DNA from: an uncultured Syntrophaceae bacterium
Lineage (GTDB): Bacteria; Desulfobacterota; Syntrophia; Syntrophales; UBA6807
Direction: 5' to 3'
NCBI GenBank assembly: GCA_964523565.1
Contig: CAZGAK010000004.1
Span: 12,933-76,932, forward strand
DNA: 64,000 nt
The first letter of the stretch is position 1. Every line of letters starts with the position of its first letter. The position numbers and the translations under genes were made by a program. Below the pieces are notes generated by a model. That model searched no databases. It worked only from the letters and a program-made list of their open reading frames with translations, and was not told the DNA's origin. Of the stretch, positions 27,773 to 37,031 are shown piece after piece.

Positions 27773-29170
27773 ATGTTAACCTTTTCACCCATCACCCACG
27801 AAATTTTAAATCATATTCGGGAAGCCGTCGGCGCGGAATGTGTTATTCAGGATCCGGAAAAGCTGATGGAATTCGGAAAAGATGCGGGTGAATATGTTCA
27901 TGTTCCCGATCTTGTCGTAGAGGCAACTAATTCAGATCAAGTACAGACGCTGTTACGTTTGGCCAATCAATATCGTTTTCCCGTAACACCTCGAGGTCTC
28001 GGCACGGGACTGGCCGGAGGAGCGGTTCCACTGTTCGGGGGGGTGGTATTGTCTTTAGCCAGAATGAATCGTATTGTCTCTGTCGAAAGGAAAAACATGA
28101 TTGCTGTCGTTGAGCCGGGGGTCATTAACCTGGACCTGAAAAATGCTGTCCTCGATAAAGGGCTTTTTTATCCCCCTGATCCCGCGAGTCTGGATACCTG
28201 TTCTATTGGAGGAAATGTCGCGACTAACGCCGGTGGACCCTCTTGCGTGAAATATGGAACCACCAGAGATTACGTGCTCGGTCTGGAAGCAGTTTTACCT
28301 TCCGGAGAAATAATCAAAGCGGGTGTACAAACCCGAAAGGGAGTGGTCGGTTACAGCCTGCTTCACTTGCTGATAGGTTCGGAAGGGACCCTGGGGATTA
28401 TTACAAAGCTGATTCTCAAAATTATCCCCCGTTCAAAATCCTTAATGACACTGGTTGCCTTCTTCCCTCAACTTACTTCAGCCATGGATGCAGTTACCAA
28501 CGTTTTAATTCGGGGTCATATACCCTGTGCCATAGAATTCCTGGATAAGGAGTGTCTTAATTTGGTAGGGGATCTCCTTCCTTTCGAAGATGCAAAAAAT
28601 GCAGGGGCTTTTCTGCTGATTGAAACGGATGGCCTTCCAGGAGTAATTGAAAAAGAGATAGAAACCATAGGGGAAATCTGCCTCGAGAGTGGGGCATCTA
28701 ACGTTCTTTTGGCCCCGGATTCACGTAAGCGAGCTAAAATGTGGGAAATACGAAGAGAAATTGCTTTGCGGATTGAGCACAATTCCCCTCTGTACATTCC
28801 TGAAGATGTGGTTGTTCCGATAGAGCGTATTGCAGATTTTGTAGCCTGCCTTCCTGAATTTGAAAGAGAGTATGAAATGAAGATTTATTCCTTCGGTCAT
28901 GCCGGAGACGGGAATATACATTTGAACATCACCGCGGAAGATAAAGAGTCGAGGAAAAGTGTCGATGATGGAATTCAAAAGATTTTAACACTGGTCCTTT
29001 CCATGGGTGGTACTATCTCCGGAGAGCATGGAATAGGAGCGGCCAAGAGGCGCTTTTTGCCATTAGAACTTTCGTCGGAGAGCATCCGCCTGCAAAGGGA
29101 GATCAAACGTCTTTTCGATCCACAACTTATACTGAACCCGGGAAAAATTTTCGAGATGGATGAACGCTGA
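27773..29170 (+). CDS. FAD-linked oxidase (GlcD/D-lactate dehydrogenase family)
   Basis: FAD_binding_4 region FPVTPRGLGTGLAGGAVP and C-terminal GEHGIG. TTG at 27761, overlapping the permease stop, is an alternative start. Confidence 0.85.
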   Translation: MLTFSPITHEILNHIREAVGAECVIQDPEKLMEFGKDAGEYVHVPDLVVEATNSDQVQTLLRLANQYRFPVTPRGLGTGLAGGAVPLFGGVVLSLARMNRIVSVERKNMIAVVEPGVINLDLKNAVLDKGLFYPPDPASLDTCSIGGNVATNAGGPSCVKYGTTRDYVLGLEAVLPSGEIIKAGVQTRKGVVGYSLLHLLIGSEGTLGIITKLILKIIPRSKSLMTLVAFFPQLTSAMDAVTNVLIRGHIPCAIEFLDKECLNLVGDLLPFEDAKNAGAFLLIETDGLPGVIEKEIETIGEICLESGASNVLLAPDSRKRAKMWEIRREIALRIEHNSPLYIPEDVVVPIERIADFVACLPEFEREYEMKIYSFGHAGDGNIHLNITAEDKESRKSVDDGIQKILTLVLSMGGTISGEHGIGAAKRRFLPLELSSESIRLQREIKRLFDPQLILNPGKIFEMDER

Positions 29171-29264
29171 CAGTTGGTCGCTCATCGATCCAAAATCATC
29201 GATTGATATTTCCAGGAAAGTTTTGTACTGATAAACAAATACAGCTTTTCAAACACAACGAACG

Positions 29265-30686
29265 ATGAAATTCAGTGATACGGAAATTGCAAAGGCATAT
29301 AAAGGAAAGGCGCTGATTGCCGATCCTATCTACCAGTATATCTGGTTTACTGTCTCATCTTCTGATTTTCCGGAAGAAACAACAGAAAAAGACCTTATTG
29401 ACTCACCCTGGGTACAGAGACTAAGACGTATACATCAACTCCAAAGTGCCCGATGGGTGTATCCGGCCGCCGAGCATACCCGATTTCAGCACTCCCTGGG
29501 AACCCTGCACATGGCAGGTGAGTTTGGCAGGCATCTATATCCGGGCCTTAAGGAAATGTTTCCCCATATTCCGTCCATAAACTTTATTGAGGAACTCCTC
29601 AGGGTGGGAGGACTGCTTCACGATGTGGGGCACGGTCCCTATGGACATTTTTTTGATGATAATTTTCTGGACCAATATGATCTCACCCACGAGATCCTGG
29701 GACAACAAATTATAGTAAAGAAACTGGGAAGGTTAATTAGAAAAATAAAGAGAAGCCCCACAGGTAATTTTGAAGAAGGGGAATCTCTGGATCCAAATCA
29801 AATCGCCTTTCTCATCAAAAAACCGGAAAATGGGGACAGGGGAAAACAGCCCGAATGGATGAAATATTTACAACAGCTTTTTTCAGGCATATATACCGTA
29901 GATAACCTTGACTATGTTCAAAGAGATGCCTACACGACGGGATTTTCCATTGACATTGTCGACATCAAAAGACTTTGTTTCTATACTTTTTTTACCAGGG
30001 ACGGACTTACCCTTCATCAGGCCGGAACTTCGGCCCTAAGCAGATTTTTGAACGCAAGACTCAATCTCTATTCCAATGTCTATTACCACAGGACAACAAG
30101 AGCTCTTGATCTTCACCTCCAGGAGATATTCAGAGATACGATGAATATTATCCTGCCTAATGACCCTTCCGATGATTTGGACGAATATCTCGATTGTGAT
30201 GAATGGAGATTGTATCAAGAGGTGAAAAACTGGGTGAGGGAAAAGGATAGAAGGAAAAAGAGACTGGGAAAAGAATGGGAAAAAATTTATTTGAGACAGG
30301 TTAAATGGAAGATGTCTTATTCTGCTGAGCTTTCAGTGGACCAGATTCAAAAAGGTGTCAGGTTTTCGGATGCACAGGATTATGAAAGACAAATAAGAAG
30401 GTGCCTTCCCAGGCCTCTGAAAAATATAAAATTTCGCGTCGATCTTGCTACTCAGGACCCGCGACCAATCAACCCAATGGTCGAGGGCAACAAGAGGGTC
30501 AACATTTTCAACCCGGCTACAGAATCTACATCTTTGGAACCTCTGAGAGATATTTACCGATTTATTCCTGCCAGAGTAGTCCATTTTAGAGTGTTTTCAC
30601 TGAGTCATGATCATGATAAAGACTTAACCGTAGCGTCTGAAAAGGTTCTCGGATCGATGGGCGAAGGCATAACCACGAATATTTAA
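29265..30686 (+). CDS. HD-domain dNTP triphosphohydrolase-like protein (SAMHD1/dGTPase-like)
   Basis: RFQHSLGTLHMAG, LLHDVGHGPYGHFFD and DNLDYVQRDAYTTG. Confidence 0.8.
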   Translation: MKFSDTEIAKAYKGKALIADPIYQYIWFTVSSSDFPEETTEKDLIDSPWVQRLRRIHQLQSARWVYPAAEHTRFQHSLGTLHMAGEFGRHLYPGLKEMFPHIPSINFIEELLRVGGLLHDVGHGPYGHFFDDNFLDQYDLTHEILGQQIIVKKLGRLIRKIKRSPTGNFEEGESLDPNQIAFLIKKPENGDRGKQPEWMKYLQQLFSGIYTVDNLDYVQRDAYTTGFSIDIVDIKRLCFYTFFTRDGLTLHQAGTSALSRFLNARLNLYSNVYYHRTTRALDLHLQEIFRDTMNIILPNDPSDDLDEYLDCDEWRLYQEVKNWVREKDRRKKRLGKEWEKIYLRQVKWKMSYSAELSVDQIQKGVRFSDAQDYERQIRRCLPRPLKNIKFRVDLATQDPRPINPMVEGNKRVNIFNPATESTSLEPLRDIYRFIPARVVHFRVFSLSHDHDKDLTVASEKVLGSMGEGITTNI

Positions 30687-30726
30687 ATAAAGGCGGCAGG
30701 AGTCAGAATAGAGTGGAGCATTTTCT

Positions 30727-32802
30727 ATGATTACCACTGAAACAACAGATATTGCCCTTTTCGTTAGGACATCAAGGGAAGATATTGTCAACTGGGACAG
30801 GCGCAAGATAGTCGATGCCTTGATTTTAGAGACAGATGTGGATGTTAGTACGGCGGATGAGATCAGCAAAGAGGTAGAAAAGCAGATTATTTCATCGGGG
30901 ATGAGCTTACTTACGGCCCCCCTGATCAGAGAACTTGTCAATGCAAAATTGATTGAAAGGGGGCTGGAAAAGGCTACAACGATGCACGCCCGCCTCGGGT
31001 TCCCTTTGTATGATGTGGGGCAGTTAATCCTGTATCATAATAAAGAAAATGCTAATGTTCCCCACAGTCCGGAGGGAACAAATCTGACTCTGGCAGAAGG
31101 TGTTAAAAAAGAATACGCCATATTGAATGTTTTTTCAGAGGATGTTGGATATGCTCATATGACAGGAGATATCCATGTCCATAACCTGGGCTATATTGAC
31201 AGGCCCTATTGTTCGTGTCAGTCCCTTGAATACATTAAAAAGTTTGGCCTGAATCTTCCCAATTCCCTCGCTGCCGCTGCACCGGCAAAACACGCAGAGA
31301 CACTCGTAGCCCACATGGTCAGATTTGCTGCGGCACTTCAGGGAAATTTCGCCGGGGCAATTGTGTGGGACGCCGTTAATCTTTTTTTTGCCCCTTATCT
31401 GCAGGGATTGAGTGACAGGGAAATAAAGCAATGCGCCCAGATGCTGATCTATGAATTTGCCCAGCAGGCTGTGGCCAGGGGGGGGCAAACCATATTTACC
31501 GATATAAATCTTTACTGGGAAGTACCAAAACATTTTGAAAATGTTTCTGCCATAGGGCCAGGAGGTAAATATACAGGTAAGACCTATGGTGAATATGTAA
31601 AGGATGCCCAGAGATTTGTCCGGGCTATTTTTGATGTATTCAAAGAGGGAGACTCCTCAGGTAAACCCTTTGTCTTTCCCAGACCTAAAGTACACATAAC
31701 GGAAAAGTTTTTTCAAACACCAGGCTATAAGGATTTTCTTCTTCATGTCTGCGATGTGGCGGGTGAAAAGGGGAACACATATTTCGTTTTCGATCGGGAT
31801 GATACCTTCAGTATATCAGAGTGCGGTCGCTTGAACTTCAGGTTAGAAAAAGAGGAGTTTGAATATACCAAAACACCCTGGAAAATGAGATATGCAGCTA
31901 TTCAGAATATCACGATCAATCTCCCAAGGTTGGGGTATAAGGCCGATGGAAATGAGGAGATGTTGTTTTCCCTCATTTCCGATATTATGAAACTTGCGGC
32001 AAAGGCTCATTTGCAGAAGAAGGATTTCATAGAAAGACTGCTATCATATGGTGACGAAGGCCCCCTGTCGCTTCTTACTATGAATTGCGATGGAACTTCT
32101 TATCTCAGAATGCAGCGGGTCACATACCTAATAGGAATGGTTGGCCTCAATGAACTGGTCAGAATACAAAAAGGATCACACCTTCACGAGTCGGCAGATG
32201 CCCAGGAGTTTGGTCTGAAAGTAATCAGTCACATGAGGAATCTGGCTGACCAATTAACAAAAAAACATGGCATAAGGTTTGTCCTGGTACAAACACCTGC
32301 CGAGAGCACGGCATATCGCTTTGCACGATTAGACCTGAAACATTTTTCTCCAAAAGCGGGCCACTTTGTAAAAGGGGATATTTCAGAGGGAGAGGTGTAT
32401 TATACCAATTCGACTCTACTTGATGTGTCATCACCAACCAGTCCTATCGACAGGGTAAGGATTGAAGGCTCCTACCATCCACTCATAGAGGGGGGGGCGG
32501 TAACCCATGTGTGGCTTGGTGAGGTGAGGCCGTCAAAGGAGTCTTTAGCTGATTTTGTCGAAAAAGTGTTCAAAGATACAGCCAATTGCCGGCTTACATT
32601 TTCTCCGGAGTTCACCACCTGCCTGAACTGCGGCAGAACATCCAGGGGGCTTCACGAACAGTGCGTGTACTGCCAGTCAGAAGATGTAGAGGGAATCTCA
32701 AAAATTACGGGATATTTTTCCAGAATATCAAGCTGGAACAAAGGAAAATTAGCCGAGTTAAGGGATAGAAAAAGAAACGGAAAATTTCTTAAGGAGAAAT
32801 GA
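30727..32802 (+). CDS. nrdD: Anaerobic ribonucleoside-triphosphate reductase (class III)
   Basis: 691 aa with an ATP-cone-like N-terminus, a C-terminal Zn ribbon (CLNCG...CVYCQ) and a glycyl-radical motif (KITGYFSRISSWNKGK). Confidence 0.9.
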   Translation: MITTETTDIALFVRTSREDIVNWDRRKIVDALILETDVDVSTADEISKEVEKQIISSGMSLLTAPLIRELVNAKLIERGLEKATTMHARLGFPLYDVGQLILYHNKENANVPHSPEGTNLTLAEGVKKEYAILNVFSEDVGYAHMTGDIHVHNLGYIDRPYCSCQSLEYIKKFGLNLPNSLAAAAPAKHAETLVAHMVRFAAALQGNFAGAIVWDAVNLFFAPYLQGLSDREIKQCAQMLIYEFAQQAVARGGQTIFTDINLYWEVPKHFENVSAIGPGGKYTGKTYGEYVKDAQRFVRAIFDVFKEGDSSGKPFVFPRPKVHITEKFFQTPGYKDFLLHVCDVAGEKGNTYFVFDRDDTFSISECGRLNFRLEKEEFEYTKTPWKMRYAAIQNITINLPRLGYKADGNEEMLFSLISDIMKLAAKAHLQKKDFIERLLSYGDEGPLSLLTMNCDGTSYLRMQRVTYLIGMVGLNELVRIQKGSHLHESADAQEFGLKVISHMRNLADQLTKKHGIRFVLVQTPAESTAYRFARLDLKHFSPKAGHFVKGDISEGEVYYTNSTLLDVSSPTSPIDRVRIEGSYHPLIEGGAVTHVWLGEVRPSKESLADFVEKVFKDTANCRLTFSPEFTTCLNCGRTSRGLHEQCVYCQSEDVEGISKITGYFSRISSWNKGKLAELRDRKRNGKFLKEK

Positions 32803-32940
32803 TCATCAGCCGAAACCCCAACGACCTCCCTGTCTTTATTAAAACAATCATTGATACTTTAACTATTATTCACCCTTCATTTCTTGACATATGGAAGGTC
32901 GATTCTTATATTATTTTCAAAACCAGCAGGCAGGACAAGA

Positions 32941-33531
32941 ATGCAAGATATTGAAGACATTATATTAAGGATATTTAAAGAGAGTTGTCATCTAAAAGAG
33001 GTTTTTGTTAACGAAAACGTAGTCAGGATTGCAAAGATCGTTGACGTCATTACAGAAGCCTTAAAGGGCGGGAAAAAGATACTGCTGTTCGGAAACGGAG
33101 GGAGCGCGGCAGATGCCCAGCATCTGGCAGCAGAATTTGTAAACAGATTCATTATAGAAAGGCCTCCCCTTCCCGCAATTGCGCTCAGCACGGATACCTC
33201 GGTAATAACGAGTATCGGTAACGATTATGGTTTTTCAGAAATCTTTGCCAAACAGATAAGAGCGATAGGCCATGCCGGTGATGTGGCATGGGGAATAAGC
33301 ACCAGCGGTTCCTCGCCCAATGTGATAAAAGCTTTCGAGGCTGCCAAAAAGCTGGACATGGTCACAGTTGCCCTAACCGGAAAAGACGGGGGAGACGCAG
33401 AAAAGATAGCAGATTACGCACTCAATGTGCAGTCCAACAGCGTTCCCCGCATTCAGGAGGTTCATATTACGGCGGGACATACAATATGTCAGATGGTGGA
33501 TTACAAACTTTTCCAAAAACCGGGAGAATAG
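32941..33531 (+). CDS. gmhA: Phosphoheptose isomerase / SIS-domain protein
   Basis: LLFGNGGSAADAQHLAAEF and GISTSGSSPNV. ATG at 32941 is preferred over TTG at 32884. Confidence 0.85.
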   Translation: MQDIEDIILRIFKESCHLKEVFVNENVVRIAKIVDVITEALKGGKKILLFGNGGSAADAQHLAAEFVNRFIIERPPLPAIALSTDTSVITSIGNDYGFSEIFAKQIRAIGHAGDVAWGISTSGSSPNVIKAFEAAKKLDMVTVALTGKDGGDAEKIADYALNVQSNSVPRIQEVHITAGHTICQMVDYKLFQKPGE

Positions 33532-33538
33532 GGGTTGA

Positions 33539-33566
33539 GTTTCGAGTTTCGGGTTTAAAGTTAGAA
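33539..33566. repeat. Heptad tract GTTTCGA GTTTCGG GTTTAAA GTTAGAA
   Basis: Read directly, 24 nt upstream of the grpE ATG. Confidence 0.7.
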
Positions 33567-33589
33567 GAAATAGAGGTTATTAAGTTGGT

Positions 33590-34156
33590 ATGGCGAAAAA
33601 ACACAGCAGGAAGAGGGAGCCTAAAGAGGAAGTCAGTGCATCGTATATAGAGGAGGAATTAACTGAATCCAAAGAAGAACTTGTTGGGGAATTAGAAAAA
33701 ACCAAAAAGGAAGCTGCGGAGAGTTACGATAAATATTTACGCACATCAGCAGAGTTTGAAAATTACAAAAGGCGCGCCATAAAAGAACGTGCAGATGCTA
33801 TCAATTATGGAAATGAAAGGTTACTCAAAGACATATTACCGATTGTGGACAGCCTGGAGAGGGCATTAGATCATGCTTACAATTCGGAAGATTTTGACGC
33901 ATTTGTGGAAGGGCTGAGACTGATATACGATAAGCTTCTCGTTTCCCTGGAAAAACATGGCGTTGAGAGAATATATGCAGCAGGTAAGGATTTTGATCCC
34001 AACTTCCACGAAGCCATGTTGCAGGTAGAAACTGAAGAATATGAAAATAACAAAATTGTTGAAGAGCTTGAAAAGGGATATTTGTTAAACGGTCGATTAT
34101 TAAGGCCCGTTAAGGCAGCCATTTCAAAGAATATATCGAAAGAAAAACAGACATAA
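33590..34156 (+). CDS. grpE: Nucleotide exchange factor GrpE
   Basis: YLRTSAEFENYKRRAIKE and the conserved C-terminal beta domain. It lies upstream of dnaK. Confidence 0.95.
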   Translation: MAKKHSRKREPKEEVSASYIEEELTESKEELVGELEKTKKEAAESYDKYLRTSAEFENYKRRAIKERADAINYGNERLLKDILPIVDSLERALDHAYNSEDFDAFVEGLRLIYDKLLVSLEKHGVERIYAAGKDFDPNFHEAMLQVETEEYENNKIVEELEKGYLLNGRLLRPVKAAISKNISKEKQT

Positions 34157-34185
34157 TAGTATAGACATCAGGAGGTTTAATAAAG

Positions 34186-36111
34186 ATGGGAAAAATAATA
34201 GGAATAGATTTAGGGACGACGAATTCGTGTGTCGCCGTAATGGAAGGAGGCGACCCGGTCGTTATAACCAACCAGGAAGGAAGCAGAACCACTCCATCCG
34301 TGGTTGCATTTACGGAAAGCGGTGAACGGTTAGTTGGGCAGGTTGCCAAAAGACAGGCGGTTACCAACTCTGAAAACACTGTTTATGCAATAAAACGGCT
34401 CATAGGCAGGAAGTATTCTTCCAAAGAGGTTCAGCATGATATCACCATCAGCCCTTTCAAGATTACGGAAGCAGCGAACGGCGATGCACAGGTGACTGTA
34501 CGGGACAACAACTACAGCACACCGGAGATGTCATCGATGGTTCTGGCAAAGATGAAACAGACTGCCGAGGATTATCTGGGAGAAACGGTGACCGATGCAG
34601 TTATTACGGTTCCCGCATATTTCAATGACTCCCAGAGACAGGCAACGAAGGATGCGGGGAAGATTGCAGGGTTGAATGTCCTGAGAATCATTAACGAACC
34701 GACAGCGGCATCACTTGCTTATGGTCTTGATAAGAAAGCGGATGAGAAGATTGCAGTCTTTGATCTTGGTGGAGGAACCTTTGATATTTCTGTTCTTGAA
34801 TTAGGTGATGGTGTCTTCGAGGTTAAGTCCACCAATGGCGATACTCATCTGGGAGGAGAAGATTTCGATCAGAAGTTGATTGATTATATAGCGGATGAAT
34901 TCAAAAAGGATCAGGGAATTGATCTGAGAAACGACAAAATGGCTCTACAGAGGATTAAAGAAGCGGCTGAAAAGGCAAAAATGGAACTTTCCACCTCCAT
35001 GGAAACTGACATCAACCTGCCTTTCGTTACGGCTGATGCCTCGGGACCCAAGCACTTGAATATGAAACTTACCAGGGCCAAGCTTGAAATGCTCGTGGAA
35101 GATCTTATTGATAAAATTGAAACTCCCTGCAGGATCGCTCTCAAGGATTCCGGGCTGTCACCCAATGATATTAACGAGGTTATTCTCGTCGGGGGAATGA
35201 CGCGCATGCCCCGTGTACAGCAGAAGGTCAAAGAGATCTTCGGGAAAGAACCCCACAAGGGAGTAAATCCGGATGAAGTGGTTGCTGTTGGGGCAGCCAT
35301 TCAGGCGGGAGTGTTAGCGGGAGATGTAAAGGATGTTCTTCTCCTGGACGTAACCCCTCTCTCTTTAGGAATTGAAACCCTGGGTGGCGTTTTGACAAAG
35401 CTTATTGAAAAGAACACCACTATTCCGACAAAGAAAAGTCAGACATTCTCCACAGCGGCGGATAATCAGCCTGCTGTGAGTATTCATGTGCTTCAGGGTG
35501 AACGTCCCATGGCAGTGGACAACAGAACTCTGGGTAGATTTGAATTGTCAGGTATTCCTCCCGCACCGAGGGGGCTCCCTCAGATTGATGTTGCCTTTGA
35601 TATTGATGCCAATGGTATTGTCCATGTTTCCGCCAAAGACCTCGGCACCGGAAAAGAACAGAGTATCAAGATCACTTCTTCAAGCGGTTTATCTGAAGAA
35701 GAAATAAAAAACCTGGTCAAAGAAGCGGAGTCTCACGCAGAAGACGATAAAAAGAAGAGAGATTTGATCGAAGCAAGAAACCAGGCAGACTCTCTTATTT
35801 ACAGCATTGAGAAAAACATGAAGGAAATGGGAGACAAGATAGATGCTGGAGATAAGTCAAGGATAGAAGAAGCCATCTCTAAACTTAAAAAAGCGGTGGA
35901 AGACGACGATACGGGTGCCATCAATACCGCCCAGGAAGAACTGACCCAGGCATCGCATAAACTGGCTGAAGCCATGTATGCCAAGGCGTCCGCACAACAA
36001 GAGGGCGCGGGAGCAGGCACCGGGGCCTCTGCAGGTGCAGGAGAGCAACCCGGCGGAGCAGAAAAAAACGAAGATGATGTGGTAGATGCCGACTTTGAAG
36101 AGGTAAAATAA
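34186..36111 (+). CDS. dnaK: Chaperone DnaK (Hsp70)
   Basis: [28 protein letters not shown] and [11 protein letters not shown]. Confidence 0.98.
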   Translation: MGKIIGIDLGTTNSCVAVMEGGDPVVITNQEGSRTTPSVVAFTESGERLVGQVAKRQAVTNSENTVYAIKRLIGRKYSSKEVQHDITISPFKITEAANGDAQVTVRDNNYSTPEMSSMVLAKMKQTAEDYLGETVTDAVITVPAYFNDSQRQATKDAGKIAGLNVLRIINEPTAASLAYGLDKKADEKIAVFDLGGGTFDISVLELGDGVFEVKSTNGDTHLGGEDFDQKLIDYIADEFKKDQGIDLRNDKMALQRIKEAAEKAKMELSTSMETDINLPFVTADASGPKHLNMKLTRAKLEMLVEDLIDKIETPCRIALKDSGLSPNDINEVILVGGMTRMPRVQQKVKEIFGKEPHKGVNPDEVVAVGAAIQAGVLAGDVKDVLLLDVTPLSLGIETLGGVLTKLIEKNTTIPTKKSQTFSTAADNQPAVSIHVLQGERPMAVDNRTLGRFELSGIPPAPRGLPQIDVAFDIDANGIVHVSAKDLGTGKEQSIKITSSSGLSEEEIKNLVKEAESHAEDDKKKRDLIEARNQADSLIYSIEKNMKEMGDKIDAGDKSRIEEAISKLKKAVEDDDTGAINTAQEELTQASHKLAEAMYAKASAQQEGAGAGTGASAGAGEQPGGAEKNEDDVVDADFEEVK

Positions 36112-36144
36112 ATATAAAACGGTTAGCTTAAAGCTCCATTTAGA

Positions 36145-36172
36145 GTCTCAAGTGTAATGTTTCAAGTTTAGA
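36145..36172. repeat. Degenerate heptad tract GTCTCAA GTGTAAT GTTTCAA GTTTAGA
   Basis: Read directly, between the dnaK stop and its terminator. Confidence 0.5.
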
Positions 36173-36182
36173 GATAAAGTAA

Positions 36183-36213
36183 GGGCGGGTTTTATCCCCG
36201 CCCTTTTCTTTTT
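36183..36213 (+). terminator. Rho-independent terminator of dnaK
   Basis: GGGCGGG/CCCGCCC stem with a 7-nt loop, followed by TTTTCTTTTT. Confidence 0.8.
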
Positions 36214-36401
36214 AGTTTCTGTAAGAGATTTTAGTAACTGGCGATATTCAGATCATAAATAAATATCAAATTTAAAGACACTTAACAAGTACCTAATTTC
36301 CTAACGCCCTGGAATTATACTCGTTGATTTCCGGGCATTTTTATGGCAGTTTATTAAGTTACAATATCAATACAGTGCAAAAAAGAAAGTTGCCATCAAA
36401 A

Positions 36402-37019
36402 ATGGTTAGTCAAAAATTTATAAGCCTGCGACTTCTTAAAACTATTATCGTTTCCCTTTTCTTCTCCTCTTTGTTCTTTCTGTCTGATCCCTGCTTACTT
36501 TATGGTTCGTCTTCTTATTCTCATTCAAAGGATAAACTACCATACGGACTGCGAGACTGTCGTGTCAGATTGCTGGAAGACAGAAGTTATTTCCCTGCCC
36601 TCATAAATATGATAGATAATGCAAAACGTGAGATCGTCATGTCGTTTTTTTTGTTCAAGACAAACGGTTACAGGAGCAGTTATTCTGATAAAATCCTTAA
36701 CCATCTGATTCAGGCGGCCAAAAGAGGTGTTTCGATAAAAGTTCTTCTTGAAACAGGGAAAGACCCTGAGTCAAATGTGAACAAGAATAATAGGGATACG
36801 GCAAAGAGGTTGAGAAAAGAGGGTGTTCGTGTCTATTTTGATTCTCCGCACATCACAACTCACACAAAAGTGATGGTGATTGATAGAAGATATACTATTA
36901 TGGGAAGTCACAATCTTACTAACTCTGCATTGAAATATAATCATGAAATTTCTATTTTTGTTGATTCTCCGGCAGTGGCGGAAGAAACTTTACGCTATAT
37001 CAATTCGTTATATAAATAA
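36402..37019 (+). CDS. Secreted PLD-family (single HKD, Nuc-like) protein
   Basis: HKD motif HTKVMVIDRRYTIMGSHNLT with an N-terminal hydrophobic signal. ATG at 36402 is preferred. Confidence 0.8.
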   Translation: MVSQKFISLRLLKTIIVSLFFSSLFFLSDPCLLYGSSSYSHSKDKLPYGLRDCRVRLLEDRSYFPALINMIDNAKREIVMSFFLFKTNGYRSSYSDKILNHLIQAAKRGVSIKVLLETGKDPESNVNKNNRDTAKRLRKEGVRVYFDSPHITTHTKVMVIDRRYTIMGSHNLTNSALKYNHEISIFVDSPAVAEETLRYINSLYK

Positions 37020-37031
37020 GGATATAACCTT

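Noticed and set aside
33532-33589. Looked for a CIRCE (TTAGCACTC-N9-GAGTGCTAA) heat-shock operator upstream of grpE-dnaK
   Set aside because: It is not present. Only the heptad tract occupies the spacer. A lone TTAGCACTT at ~13469 has no inverted partner.
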